Below, in pieces: positions 45,045-58,008 of a stretch of 64,000 bases of DNA. The translations under genes were made by a program, and so were the position numbers. The notes beneath the pieces were generated by a model. The model worked only from the letters and a program-made list of their open reading frames with translations, was not told the origin of the DNA and searched no databases. Position 1 is the first letter of the stretch, and every line of letters begins with the position of its first letter. The DNA comes from Elsinoe ampelina (taxonomy: Eukaryota), in assembly GCA_010093995.1 (NCBI GenBank), contig ML992508.1, forward strand, positions 716,506-780,505. The letters are read 5' to 3'.

Positions 45045-46686
45045 CTAATTAATCACCCTCCCCAAAAACCCCAACTCCCCAAACAGTCCCCCCGCAAACC
45101 CCCTTCTCCCTCCCTCCTCACCCTCCCCCTCCCTGCCCTCCCCATCCACGATCCTCACCTCCGCCCTCGGCGTCCCCACCTTCTGAATCGTGACATCACT
45201 CTTCGCCGCCTCGGGACACCTCAAAAACGGCGACGGGGTCCGATCATACGCCCTCCCCACTCGCTCGCGCTCGTCGGGGTACAACCCCTGCAGGGCCTCT
45301 TCGTCACCGGTCTGTAAGCGGGAGAGACGGCGCTCGACGTCGTCGATTGCCATTGCTGTGTCTGTGTCTGAGGAGTCGGTGAAGGAGAGGTCCAGAGGGG
45401 AGGAGTGCAGGTCGAAGTGGAAGGAGGCCGAGAGGCGGTGGGGGGTGGTGAAGCCTGGGGTGCTGATGGTGTCGGCCGTGAAAGTGGGGGAGGCGAGGGA
45501 GAAGCCGGTTGGTGAGGGGAGGGCTTGGGCAAAGCCGGTGGTGGTAAAGTCCATGCGGTCGTTGGAGGAGACGGTGGGAGACTCGGTGGAGGTGGTTGGT
45601 GGGGCGTAGAAGGGGCGGGCGAAGTTGCGGGTGACTTTGTTGTTTGCGGGCTCGTGCGAAACCTCGTCTGAGATTTCTTCGGTCATCGTTATCCCCAGAC
45701 CGCTATCTTGAGCGGTCGGGTTGAAGTATGGTGGAAGTGCTGGTATGGAAGGTAAAGGCTTTTCGGCGAAGAAAGATGCCTTCGAATTGACAGTGTAGAA
45801 GCTCTGTCCACTCCTGCTGGATCCAGAAGATGATCCAGGCCGTGTTGGTGGGCGACTGAGCTCTTCCGTCGGCATTGTTGGCGCAAAAGGTACTAATGGT
45901 CGTCCGCTTGCTCTCGTAGGAGAGGAAGATTGTGATGAACCGCTAAGCGGCGTGAGTGGCGCTCTTCTCTCCCGTCGTAATGGCGTAGGTGAAGCATGAG
46001 CATGATATCTGATGAATGAGTTCGCTCGTGCAATGACAGGAGTCTGCTTAGTAGCGGACGACTGGAAAGACTCCTTCGATATCTGGTTGGGAAGTAACGG
46101 GCTGCCAGGAACAGATGACGGGTTGCTCTCCAAACCATCAGAGGAAGCATAGTGACGCATAAGCTTGAGCGGTTGCCGCTTTATCTTCTTGAAGCGATCC
46201 TCTGGGTCCATGGTCATGACAGGTTGATGTACAAAAGGTACAATGCTGACGGATGCGCTTCGTCCACGTGGCAATGCTTCGACAACTTCGATAGGGATAT
46301 CCAGTACATTCAGTCTTTGTCCAGGTAGAAGTGGGCAGTCGTTCGTCGTCGCAGTAGCCTGATCCGTGTATTCTTCGTCGTCATCAAGCCGATACTGGTA
46401 GTCATTAGCAAAAATTAGCCATCTGGCAGCGATCATGACATACAAAATACCAATACCTCCCACCCTGCTTCAATCCACCATTTCTCGGCTTGCTCCAATC
46501 CGGCTTGACACCATCAAAGATGATGTTCTCAAACTTATGACATCCCGTCCAACAATGCCTCCCCCTCAACAGATCCCGTTCCAGCTTCCATGCTTTCGAG
46601 AAGTTGTCCCAAGAACCGTACAGCTCCACCGTCCGTACATTCGCCGGCGCTCTCAGTACAAAAGTGAACAAGGTATAAGCGTCCAT
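45045..46686 (-). CDS. Protein with N-terminal AMPK-beta/CBM48-like glycogen-binding domain and disordered Ser/Pro-rich tail
   Basis: VRTVELYGSWDNFS...GGLKQGGRYWYF | intron 46395-46443 | YRLDD...CPLLPGQRLNVLDIP. Confidence 0.75.
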
Positions 46687-48396
46687 GCTAAGCCAAGACA
46701 AGCCAATGTCTCAATGCTATAAATTCCAGTCCAAAGAGTATGGTGTACAATCCATCAGAGCTCCAAAACAGAAGCAAGAGCAATTGGTTGAACAAAGGGA
46801 CGAAAGAGCAACCAGCAAGCTCAAGCAGACATGATCCTCCCTGCAAGGCGTTTCTTGAACAACGCTACTCGCCGCAAGATGGCAGGTGCGTTTTCCCTCG
46901 TTTTCGACCCGTCAGCAAGCCTCCCCCGGATATCCCGACGATCTGGCTGGCTGAAGTTGGACCGTTGTGCAATCTGTCGCGATGCAGCCACGCTAGACCG
47001 TTTGGCTGGGAGACTGTAACAAGCAGACGGTTGGACGGGGCAGCGGTTTGGAAGGGCTGGAAGACCGAAGCTCTCGAAGACTCAAGGAAAGTACTGTCCG
47101 TGTCTCGCAAAAAGTGCAAAAAAGCAAGGTAAAAAGCGTCGGCCGGGGCAGGCACGCAGGTACATACATACGCAAAAGGCGTCAATAACAAAGAAACCTC
47201 GGGCCCCATATGAGCTGATCCATTGGCGCTTACATGATGTCCGGACGGGGCGCCAGGAAAAACCTGGTCTTTGCAGGTGCAGGTGCAGTTCCGAACGCGT
47301 GGGAAGATGGAAGGTTTGGGTTCGTCATTTGACAAGGACAGGCGCCGCGAGCCGCAGGATGGAAGTGGAGGTTCTAGAGAGGTGGTTCCTTGGTTTAGGG
47401 TTGGAGGCAGACAGGGGACCAGCGTCTCACCATGCGCAGGGATTCCAGAGAGAGTTTGCACGGACAGGATGTGCCGGTCCCTCTGGAAGCTCTGCACCTG
47501 GCTGGCTTTTGGGTTCGGTCTGTTGATCGACAAACACCTGCTCGTCGAAAGCGTAGCCAAAAGTCTGAGCTATACAGGACACTCTTCACATGTAATAATG
47601 TCGTCCAACTCAACCCCAGCAGCCTTGCATGCCGATCTGCCTTTTCAAGAGATCTCGCAACGAACCGTGACCGCCTCCGTCGACCCAATCTGGCCTGGTC
47701 CCGCGTCTCCCGATCCCATCGTCGCGAGCGCGCCCGCCGAAAAAAGAATAATCCCAGTCTGCCGGGATGCAGAGATCATCAGAGTTTCCCGCCCTGGCCA
47801 TGCGCAATCTCCTTTTGTCCCACTCTCTGCAAGTGCGCAACCGTGTCTCGCTTTGTGGTATACGCGAGCCGCCACTTGATGATTTGCTCGAGCCGTGGAT
47901 GCGGTTGCTTCTGGATTACTGTCATTATTGCCGAGGACGTCATTGGGAGTGAGGGCTGTGTCTTGTGTGGAAGATGAGCAGGAGGGATTGATCGAGATCG
48001 AGTTGAACGCTGATCGATTCGCGAAAAGTGCGCGAACTGTGATCGCCCAGGGATCTTCGCGTGGCTTCTTCTTCCACTTCCCCTTCCGGAGCTGGTGGCT
48101 TGACCCCGGTCCAGGAAGATCTCCGTAAAGAGAAAAAAGGGGGTGAGCGCTGGGATGAATCGTTAAGCGAGGTGGCTCAATTAGCTATACTTTTGGGAGA
48201 CAGCCACAAGTCGGGAAATGCGCATCTAGATGCAATTGTAAAGCGACAGGTAGAAAAGTATGGATATCAACAAGATTATTCGACGTGTCCTGTACGCAAC
48301 CTGTCGTATCGTACACGAAATGAAGTCGTCTCCCCCTTTCAAGACTACCAAGACCCGACTCGGATTACAATATATCTGACGCCTTGGAGCTCTGTC

Positions 48397-49418
48397 CTAT
48401 TGAGTCTTGGTCTTGGGCAATCCCAACTTGGCCCTTTCCGCAAGATCACCTTCTTCCAGCCACTTGCTTGCCTTTACTACCTGGATGACGTTCACCCATT
48501 GCTTGAAAGCCATGATTGGAAACGAGATGATGCAGAGGATCCAGGGTACTGTGCTGTCCATCTTGTTGGCTCTGTATTCTTGTCAGTCACGATTCAACTC
48601 GTCCTCGACAGATGAGACACACCTTGCCATCTCCATGGCCGCCGCTGACCACGGACTCGCCAACGCGCTAGGCTTTGGCGATGCCGGGCTCCCTGGCAGT
48701 AGTGTTCCTGGCGCCGGTTGCAGAAGCGAAGGTGATACCAGTGGTGAAGAAAAGCAAAGCAGATATAGCGCAATGAAGAACAACTCGTTCGCTGCGCAGC
48801 ACACGAAGAGCACGTTCTGTCTCATGTCAGCTCCTGATGTCCTGATGATCTTCCCACCAACATTCGACCTACCCTGTTCGTATAGTACAGATGCATAATC
48901 TTGCTCCTCTTCTCATCCACCTTCTTATGGCTCGACCCACTCCCTCCCATGGCCAACGTCGCATACATGTGCATATAGTGACTCGTAAAATCCAGACTGA
49001 TCAGGAGCTGGAACACCATGCTCCACCTCGGCTTCGCTGTCGACAAGAACACCAGCAAGCAAGTCGTCGTGCATCGATCCGTCACCATGTCCAGCACCGC
49101 CCCGAACTGTGTCGATTGCTGGTAGTAGCGCGCGGCATAGCCGTCCAGAGCGTCGAGGAGACACGAAAGGGAGTAGAGAAAGGAGCACCGCCGAGGATGT
49201 AGAGGCATGTAGTATAGAGAGACGAGTGCGAGGACGACGCGCGCATAGCCTGGAGTCTTGTCAGCTACCAATCCACCGAGCCGGTGCAACCCTCGCCTAC
49301 CAATTATGTTCGGCACGAAGAGAAAGATGTTCTCCTTGGGTTGGGAAGAAGCCGCCGTCTCAGCTTCTGGTCCTTTCAAGGCGCCGTTACTCTTGCCTGA
49401 CCTTGTCCGACTCGCCAT
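48397..49418 (-). CDS. PIS1: CDP-diacylglycerol-inositol 3-phosphatidyltransferase, 4 exons
   Basis: ENIFLFVPNIIG|YARVVL; CDP-alcohol motif LDALDGYAARYYQQSTQFGAVLDMVTDR; LFVCCAANELFF; FKQWVNVIQ. Confidence 0.95.
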
Positions 49419-50226
49419 CCTGGATGAGTTGTGTTCGCGGCGCGGGAGCAGTGTCCGTGGGCAGAAGAATTAGTGGCTCGAGTCACTTGACCGATACCGT
49501 GCTATGATACAGCAGTGCTTCCTCGAATAGCTCGCGAGCTTGCCCACAATTTGCCGTGTGCAAGTACTGCTTGATCTCTCTCACGTGTCTGACCCCTAGC
49601 TCTTCAGGAAAAAAAAGTTCAGGGTCGACTGATTTGCTTCGGAGCTGTCTGCGAATAAGGTCGATTGCTGGTCCGTGATCGAGGGAAGGTGAAGCAGGAA
49701 GCCTCGTCAAGAGTGTGGAAGAGGTCGTGAAAGAATTGGGCAATGTTGGAATTGATAAGCAAGCGACAAGATAGTAGGAATCTAAGGGAACTAGAGGTCA
49801 TCTCTCAGGTACCCCAGGCTGCTCCCCGAAGCTATCCGCAAATTTGCGCTAGCCACATCAAGTATAGCTGTCCCTGGCACCGGAGTGTGGCACATGCTCC
49901 CTTCCACAAATCAAGAGAATGCTTTTGGAGTCATTATTATGAAGGCTAAAGACTGCTGATAGGCTGCAACATCCGTGGACGTGCCACACTGATAGCTATA
50001 CTTTCGTAAAACATGCATGCTTTTCTTTCTTCCTGCACATTTCTCGGCGCTCTCCATGGGTATCGTACATTAGCGGCCGTGGACCTGAACCTTTTCCATG
50101 TGCTATCGTACATCCAGCGCCCCTGTCCTCCCTTTACCCGCTGTGCTATCCTCTCATATGTGTGGCAGCCAAGTCTATGACCAGCTGCTCGATCTCGCCT
50201 CTCGGAACACTCCTGGCCGATTGCTT

Positions 50227-53034
50227 CTAGTCCCTCTCCAAGCTTCCAGAAAAGAGCTGCGATCCACCCAGACCCCACCCATTAATGTCGACCCTATGAT
50301 CTGCTTCATCACTGTCACTGCTACCGTCAAACTCATCTCCGAAGGTCATGCCAAAGTCGAGCTCCAGACGTTCGTCCTCCTTGCTGCGTAGATCCGAGAC
50401 CGAATAAGCCAAGTTTGGATCATCGCTACGCATGTTGGTGGATCCACGCTCGTTGCGCATTGACGCGAGCAGAGCTGATAGAAGCCGACGGGCGAATGGG
50501 AAAGCCCCCTGACCATTAGCATCCTGAGCAGCGTGGTTGTCGTCGAAATCTCGATTGGCAGAGGCCGCGCTGGCCACGTATCCACAGCGGCTGAGATCGA
50601 TCCGATCCAAGAGACGGGGCTCCTCAATTTCATCAAGACTCTCTAGCTCCTCCATGACTTTGACCGGCGCGACATCATTCAACAGAGCAACCCAGGAAGT
50701 GGCGCGAATCTTTGGCCCCGTGACAGGTAAAAGTCCATTCGCATTACGGGTTGGGCGGTTTGTCATCTGTAGGAGGCGTGGAATGCAGTCCGCCGTCAGT
50801 GAGACATTCTGTAAACTCAGTCGCGACAGACTCTCGCTTTGGATGTGTCGAATGAAGCTCTTGAGGACCCCATGTGTAAAGTAGCAATTGGTGAGGGTTA
50901 GGTGCTGCACATAGGGCAGATCAATGAGTAGATGCTGATCAGTCGAGTATAGTTCTTCCAGCAGAACGACAGGGCCAGGAAGAGCGCTTGTGAGATCAGA
51001 AAGCCGACCGCTGGCTCGCACGTTGGAAACCCAACCTACATCGAGCTCTTTCAATGTGGCGATCTTTCCGACAAAATTGTGCAGCAGCCAGAAGAGAGAG
51101 TCGCATGCTTCGGAGGGTGCGATGGGCCTGTCCAGGATCTCTTGGCCGGCACGTTCCATGAAGCGCCAATCTGGGCTTATATGCAGGGTGACTTTCTCAA
51201 GTGCCGGAAACGACGACCAGAAGTCACGTCGACTGAGTGTCGGGAGGAAGCGGCTTGAGAGAAAGGCGAAATTGAAGACCGTCACGTTCTGGAAGATCCG
51301 CTTGTTGTCCACCATCGACAACATGTATGATTGCAGGAAAGCACGCATAGCCCAGTCTGCCTCCAGTAACCATTCCTTTTGTGTCTGATTCAATTGCGCC
51401 GGGTTGAGGAGTCTCTCTTTGGGTGCACCTGCTAAAGAGGAATCGCCTTCTCTGTTGAATGCCTCTGGATCGAGGGGATCTTCGGCGACGTTCCTGACGG
51501 TCGCGGGCTGACCTCCCCTGTTACGGCCGGCAGCTCCAGCTTGAGTGATCCCTGCTGCGATCTGTGACCAGTGCAATGGTGGTAGACTCGCCACTCTGTT
51601 ATGAGATTCACGACGTCCACGATCTTGCGCCTGTGGGTTCACGAGATCTAAGTGCTGATCTGCGTCATCGCCACCCTCGTGGAAAATTGGTGCTCGAGCT
51701 GTCCCTGGCACGCCTCCACCACGACCTCTTGCTCCACCATGGCGACCTCTACGCCTCGGACCGTCACGATCTGCTGGACCGCCACGATCTGTTTGTCCGT
51801 CAATGTGATCGATTGGGTGATCCAGATTCAGATCAAGCTCTGGGAGTTGTCCGCGGGTGGTTGCGCGCGTGCGGAGACGTCTCTGAGGCTCTCCATTGTC
51901 GACCACAGTATTCTCGCCGGGATTCGTGGTATTTGGCACACCTGGGTGTTCGTTGTCAGCTCCTCCCGTATCCGGTCCGACAGCGCCCTGCGCTCTGTTC
52001 CCGAAGTCTGGCATGAATGGTCTAGCATTGCCAGGATTACGAGCACGATCGGCGTTCGGAGGCGCATTGTTGCGTCTTGGTACAGGCGGTTGGGGAGGAT
52101 CGTTGACCCGAGCGGCCTGCTCTCCAAAGTAATTGCGCCGGACGGCCCTCTCATTGAATGGGAGGAAGTCAGTAATTTCCCTCATTCGGTCTCGGACCAC
52201 TGTGAGGGCTTGGGCCGCAAGCCTTGTCCTTGGACTCAGGATACGATTCTCGATGATGGCAGACACTGGTGGTAGAGAGAAGGTTGTCGCATCGCTGACC
52301 CGGGGAATGGGAAAGACGTTGCCGAAGATGGGAGGACGCTCGCTCATTTGGTCGGTGGTCTCATCACAGGACAGCCATCCGAGACCATTGTTGAGTGATA
52401 GCCCAAGAGCCTTGACGTTCTTGAGGTGTTCCATAGCATCACGTAAATGTGAGATCTCATCGGCAGTGCGCTCGAGTGAAGCTAGCTTGTCGAAGCGGCG
52501 ATAATTCTCCGGAGGCCATTCGTACGATCCGTAGAAACTTTCGTGATGATCAAGTAGGACCTTGGAGGGAGGACGGCGCAAGTCTTCTTCGGTGACCTCG
52601 AAACTCATGCCGAAGTTACGGATGTGGCGACCGAATCCGCTGAAGACCTTGTATCCGTGGCCGCGATATGTATCATCGTCGGCAGCCAGACTTTTCATCC
52701 AGGGAAGTGATGATTCTTCGGCCAGTACATGATCGTCGTCAATGGCGGGGCGCTTGCCCTTGCCTTTTCCGGATTCACCATTCCTGGCTTGGATGTCACG
52801 CTTGACCATGTCCTGCAATTCAGAATTGAAAGGCACGACGACAGAGCGGAAGAAGTACGGCGAGATCTTCCCCTCAAATGTCTTATTGACCAGTCGCAAA
52901 GACTTTGCATCAGAGCGGTAGATGTGGCCTAGGATGATTTCGAATAGTTCAACAGGTAGATCCCCGAAAGTGGGCGGCTTTGGTGCAGAATCGTTGACAG
53001 GCGACGAGGACGTCGACGCGATGGTCGACGCCAT
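50227..53034 (-). CDS. F-box domain protein with LRR-like C-terminal half (935 aa)
   Basis: FGDLPVELFEIILGHI...KSLRLVNKTF; LEADWAMRAFLQSY; Leu-periodic C-terminal repeats. Confidence 0.8.
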   Translation of the reverse strand: MASTIASTSSSPVNDSAPKPPTFGDLPVELFEIILGHIYRSDAKSLRLVNKTFEGKISPYFFRSVVVPFNSELQDMVKRDIQARNGESGKGKGKRPAIDDDHVLAEESSLPWMKSLAADDDTYRGHGYKVFSGFGRHIRNFGMSFEVTEEDLRRPPSKVLLDHHESFYGSYEWPPENYRRFDKLASLERTADEISHLRDAMEHLKNVKALGLSLNNGLGWLSCDETTDQMSERPPIFGNVFPIPRVSDATTFSLPPVSAIIENRILSPRTRLAAQALTVVRDRMREITDFLPFNERAVRRNYFGEQAARVNDPPQPPVPRRNNAPPNADRARNPGNARPFMPDFGNRAQGAVGPDTGGADNEHPGVPNTTNPGENTVVDNGEPQRRLRTRATTRGQLPELDLNLDHPIDHIDGQTDRGGPADRDGPRRRGRHGGARGRGGGVPGTARAPIFHEGGDDADQHLDLVNPQAQDRGRRESHNRVASLPPLHWSQIAAGITQAGAAGRNRGGQPATVRNVAEDPLDPEAFNREGDSSLAGAPKERLLNPAQLNQTQKEWLLEADWAMRAFLQSYMLSMVDNKRIFQNVTVFNFAFLSSRFLPTLSRRDFWSSFPALEKVTLHISPDWRFMERAGQEILDRPIAPSEACDSLFWLLHNFVGKIATLKELDVGWVSNVRASGRLSDLTSALPGPVVLLEELYSTDQHLLIDLPYVQHLTLTNCYFTHGVLKSFIRHIQSESLSRLSLQNVSLTADCIPRLLQMTNRPTRNANGLLPVTGPKIRATSWVALLNDVAPVKVMEELESLDEIEEPRLLDRIDLSRCGYVASAASANRDFDDNHAAQDANGQGAFPFARRLLSALLASMRNERGSTNMRSDDPNLAYSVSDLRSKEDERLELDFGMTFGDEFDGSSDSDEADHRVDINGWGLGGSQLFSGSLERD

Positions 53035-54597
53035 CTCGGTGGCACGACGTGTGATCTCGCTTTCTTTGATGGGTATTCAACGAAGTGAAGGTGATTGTGA
53101 AGAAATTTGTTGAGCGAGGGGATCCTGAAGTTTGAGAACGGTGCCCCGCTGCATGCCGAAGCTTGCATATAAATTTGGCAGGCGCGGCGCCTTCGGAGGA
53201 GTCAGACAGGCGGCGGCTTTCACAGGCCAATGATTAGTGCTGGAGACACGATTGATCGTGCTTGCACGAGGACAGCAAACACGCAGAATCAATTGCAATC
53301 AGTTTTCGGTACACTATTCATTTGCATGTAATGCTGATTATAAAGCGGTCGTGGCCAGCGCAGTCGCACGCTAGGTTTCAGTGAGGGCCTTTTAGGCACA
53401 TCACGTGGTATATACCTGCCCCCAAAACGGAGCAGCCTCGATCCATGAAGCTCTCGGGAATGCCACCACCTGCTTCCACGCCTCTACGTCGTCTTTATCC
53501 CTCCGACAGCCCCAGATCCTGCAGTGTCCCTGCCCTGTTTCTAACGGAAATTTCACAGCCTAGAAGTTCTTGACAGTGTCGCCTCGGAGCTTTCCGCGGA
53601 AAGAATATTTGCCCTTTTAAAATGTCATCAGTTTGGATCTAAAGAACGCTGCCTGCTCGCTGGTACTGGCTAATCAGGACCACAAGAAAGAGTGGCTGGT
53701 AGGAGTAAATAGTAGGAGTGGCTGTATAATGTTGCTGAAATTTCGCGATCCCCAAGCCGATGAGTATCAGCTGAAAACAATTGCCCACCTCTTGGACCGC
53801 ATTGCCGGTGATGGGAAATGACTGACCTCTGTCGATCGTGCAACGTAGTATAGCGAAGCGGGAATGACGCCCATGTACAGAACAGTCAAGAGGGCTGTTT
53901 TCCGAGTCCATCTGAAGTATTCGTGTCGCTTGACGTACATGTCTGCATGCGTGATCAGTCCACCCGTCGTTCGTCATTCGGAATGCAATTGCTCACTGGC
54001 ATACCGCACCAAGGCGGGGTCCATGGCCAGCGTGGGCTTGTTGTGCCCTGCCATCTTGACTGAGTTGGAATGTCAAGCGTAAAGGTGGGGTGTGTGGAAG
54101 CAGCGGTGCTTGTCGATGAGCAGTCTCCAATCCGGACGATGTGAAGTCCGGCAAGATTGTCTTGGCAAGACCAGATAGATCACGTGTTTGGAGCCAAAAG
54201 GGAATTCGACCAGCGAGTCATGACCGATCGTCCTGGCCGTCTCGTCTGAGCCCGGTATCGACTCCGAGAGGTCAATGGCCAATCCATGATGCACAAGCTC
54301 GAGCTTTGGCCGAATGTCTTCAGGTACGCCCAATGTTTGACGTCGTCCATATCGATTACTTCTCTCGGGAACCGGGCAGCCCGAGGTCTTTACATGTGAA
54401 GATAAAGAGGAAACTCTGCACGGTCGTCCAACTTTTGTCCCGCAAGGTTTGAAGATTGTTTTCTTTCCATGATCATCACTCGCACCTTGCCCTTCAATTG
54501 CTACCGAAAAAGCGCACTCCACACTGCAATCGATTTCACTGCTACAGCCTCGGTCAGACTCGTGTCTCCGGCTCAAATACGCCCACGCTACTATACA

Positions 54598-55473
54598 ATG
54601 TCAAACGGAGCGTCAGATCAGCCCAAGATCGTTCTTCACTGGTACGTTTTTGCAGCATGGACAGTACCTAAAATACATGATACTTACTGCTCAGGCTCGA
54701 GAAATCGCGAGCTCAGCGCATCCTCTGGCTGCTCGAAGAATGCCGCGTACCTTACGAGATTAAGACCTACAAGCGTGTGAACCAGCTTGCTCCTCCCGAG
54801 CTTAAGAAGATCCACCCTCTGGGCAAGTCACCCATTGTCACTGTTCAAGGTCCGGGTCAAGCTGAGCCACTGGTGCTGGCCGAGTCTGCCTTCATCACCG
54901 AATACCTGGCAGAGCACTTTGCGAAACATCTCATTCCTGCGCAATACAAGGAAGGACAGGATGGCAAGGTTGGTCAAGAGACGGAAAGCTGGCTCCGCTA
55001 TCGCTACTTCATGCATTACGCTGAAGGCAGCTTTATGAGCATGCTGGTGACACGATACATTGTCGGAGGTATGAGCAATTGGTCTTGCAGCATGGTCAGT
55101 TATGTTGACATTTCTAGCTCTTGCTGGACCCCAAGTCCCATTCTTCATCAAGCCAATCACCAGAGCTATCGTCGGCAAGATGAACTCTATGTTGTTCGAC
55201 CCGAACATGAAGACCACGTTTGAGTTCCTCGAATCTCAGATTGCATCATCGCCTGAGGGAGGCGAATTCTTGTGCGGCAAGACAATGACTGGTGCGGACA
55301 TCCTGATGAGTTTTCCCTTGGTGGCCGTGAGGGACTCGATGGGCGGAGGTTTGGAGAAGGCGAAATATCCGAAACTTACCGAGTACGTTGCGAGATTGGA
55401 GAAGACGGACGGCTATCAAGCTTCGATTAAGAAGGCAGAAGAAGCGTTGGGAGAAAAGTACAGCGTGCTGTAG
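54598..55473 (+). CDS. Glutathione S-transferase (GTT1-like), 3 exons
   Basis: VLHW|LEKSRAQRILWLLEE, LAPPELKKIHPLGKSP, LAESAFITEYL, MHYAEGS, TGADILMSFP. Introns 54642-54694 and about 55069-55118. Confidence 0.92.
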
Positions 55474-56572
55474 GGCACGATCACAGGCGAAGATGCCTTG
55501 GAAGAATGGGAAAAGAATGGAAGGACGACAACTGATACCCTATTTGGAGGACTACCCCTTTAAGCGCTACCGGTGCTGTAACAATGGCACTGAACGTTGA
55601 GGCCGACCTCGTAAGTCTGGTAGTGCTCCGATTCCCTATGACTATTGCCATGATGACATGTTGACCGTAAGGACACTGAAGCAATTGTTAAGAGCCGATC
55701 AACTACGGCAAGGGCAAGACGTGCATGGCCTTTCAAAAGAAGCCCACCAAGTGTGTTGGTTGGAATCAGTTTGTATGGAATCTCTTGGCACCAGGCTTAA
55801 TAATACTGGAACTTCTCCCAAGTGTATGCCGCGGTTCAGAGCTTGGTAGGTTCAAATGCAGGTGGAACAAGCAAGAACCACACCCGAAAGTTCAGGGTTT
55901 AGCGAGGTTCATGGGATCGTGGTTTGCTAGATCAAGCTTCCGGACCATCATCCTCACGGTTGCAGATTGTTCGGTCCGATCTGACAGGTGTGATGCATCA
56001 TTCGATCCGAACTAAATTGTATTTGTTCGACTTCTCGAGAACGTTTAACGCGAAGCATTTTACCGGCAACAGATGAGAGTGGGCGTTGACATTATTGCGT
56101 GCACGGGAGGACGGCAGAGGCACCTCTTCGAATTGAGCTTGATTAATAATAAAAACAACCCGATCCGGTTCGTGCCCCGGCGGCTCACCGGGCCCCCCGC
56201 ATCGTTCGGTTCAATCTGGCTCTTCAGGTTGTTCTTTTTAGGGCCAATCGGGAAGTTACAGAGCTCCTTTCCTACCGGCTCCTCAATTTCTTCTTCCAAT
56301 CAGCTCTGAATTGTGGTCGAATGACCTGTCTCTACCATCAAAAATGGATCTCCGTACGAGGTTGGACTCATTACGAAGATGAGCAAGCAACCCCGAATTC
56401 AATGGCAGAATGACCGATGAAAGGACAATTTAGGGCCTCTGCAACGGCGGCGGCCGTGGCGGCCATCTACCTTGCTTCTCGAACGCCACGGACATTGTAC
56501 ATCTCCTCCACACCTGTGCCCTCTCCACTTCTCCAGATTTTCTTCCTATCCTTCTTTTCAACATAATTTACC

Positions 56573-57726
56573 ATGGACACTCTAAGCAAACGCGCTGTGC
56601 TGCCAGCAGAGGTCCTGATGGAGTTTCCCATCTTGCGATCCGTCGGCATCACCCTTCTCGTCCTGGTCTTCCTCTCCTTTGGCCTGCGTCTCTACGTCAA
56701 GCTCGGCATCTTGAAGACGTTTCGCAACGATGACATTGCTCTCGTGCTCGCAGTCGTACGCTTGACCATTCCTCAGCATGCCAGACCCCACTGACTCTTC
56801 CAGCTATCCTTCATTCCTCTCGGTGTCATAGGCCCTCTGTTCGCACAATATGGCGTTCGTCTCAATGAGGGTGACTTCAGTATCGTGCCCGCCATCTCTA
56901 CGGTAAGCCTTCTCCTACCCCGTCACTTCTCAAACCACCCTCTGACCCATCTCTCAAACAGGCCGCCCGAGTCTTCAACTCCGTTTACGTCCTCTGCGCC
57001 ACCCTCTGCAGACTCTCCGTCCTCCTCCTCATCCTCTCCCTGCTCGGCCCCCACGACCGCAAACTCCGCCTCATCGCCTACTTCATCACCGGCATCAGCG
57101 TATTCCTCGGCATCATCTTCTTCGGCTTCTGCTTCACCTGCGGCATGACGGATATCCAACGCCTCAACACCGGCACCTGCAAGCTCTACGACGCCGCCAA
57201 CGGCGTCTCCCTCGCCTGGTCCTTCTCCAACACCATCGCGGACATCGTCTACGCCGCCCTCTGCGCAACCCTCATCTGGAACGCGACCATGAGTTTCCGC
57301 ACGCGCATCACGACCAGTTTCCTCCTCAGCTTCTCCAGCGTAGGCGCCATCGCGTCCGCCCTCCGCGTGGCTACAACCCTCGGGTGGGGCTGGACGACCT
57401 TCGACGGCCAACGGCTCCACGTCACGAGGTGGTCCCTCATCGAAGCAGGGATTTGCATCATCGCTATATGCCTGTCGTCGACGCGGCCGCTGTTGAAGAA
57501 GATCTCGCGCCAGGACAGCAGCATTGGTACCGGGGGACAGTACGGGCCGTATGGACAGGCGTCGGCGTCCAAGGGGAGGGGGACGTTCAAGGGCCAGGGG
57601 ACGCAGCATGGGGATGAGATTCCTTTGAAGATTGGTGTGCAGACGATTGTGGAGGTAGAGCAGATTGAAGGCGGGGATGGGAGGGGGGAGGGGAGGAGGG
57701 GGAATAGTGTGAGTGTTGGTGTGTAG
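56573..57726 (+). CDS. PTH11-like (fungal rhodopsin-domain) 7-TM integral membrane protein without CFEM
   Basis: LRLYVKLGILKTFRNDDIAL; introns 56756-56803 and 56903-56961; NTIADI; ASALRV; WSLIEAGICIIAICLSSTRPL. Confidence 0.82.
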
Positions 57727-58008
57727 GATATGCATGAGTCGGCTGCAATTGGCTCTTGGGTAAAGCATCTTGTCGTACCACAGAGGGCTAGGTTGGACGC
57801 ATTTGGGTTCTTGGGTGGAGCCTATAAGAATTGGTACTGGAAAAAAGGAAAGGGAGATACCCGGCTCGCTCGTGTGTTTTGTTTCAGACACGCTGGAGAT
57901 ATGGTTGTAGATAATCTGTCATGGATGAACGATGTATTGATGATCTTCTACACCTTCCTACACACCCAACGAAGCAATTCTGCGGCCATGCTGGTACTAC
58001 ACGCTGTA

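Noticed and set aside
46740..48390. Overlapping 100-230 aa ORFs in a long intergenic region (also 13.4-14.7 kb and 53.1-54.6 kb)
   Set aside because: No codon bias, motifs or intron structure; most likely promoter or UTR DNA
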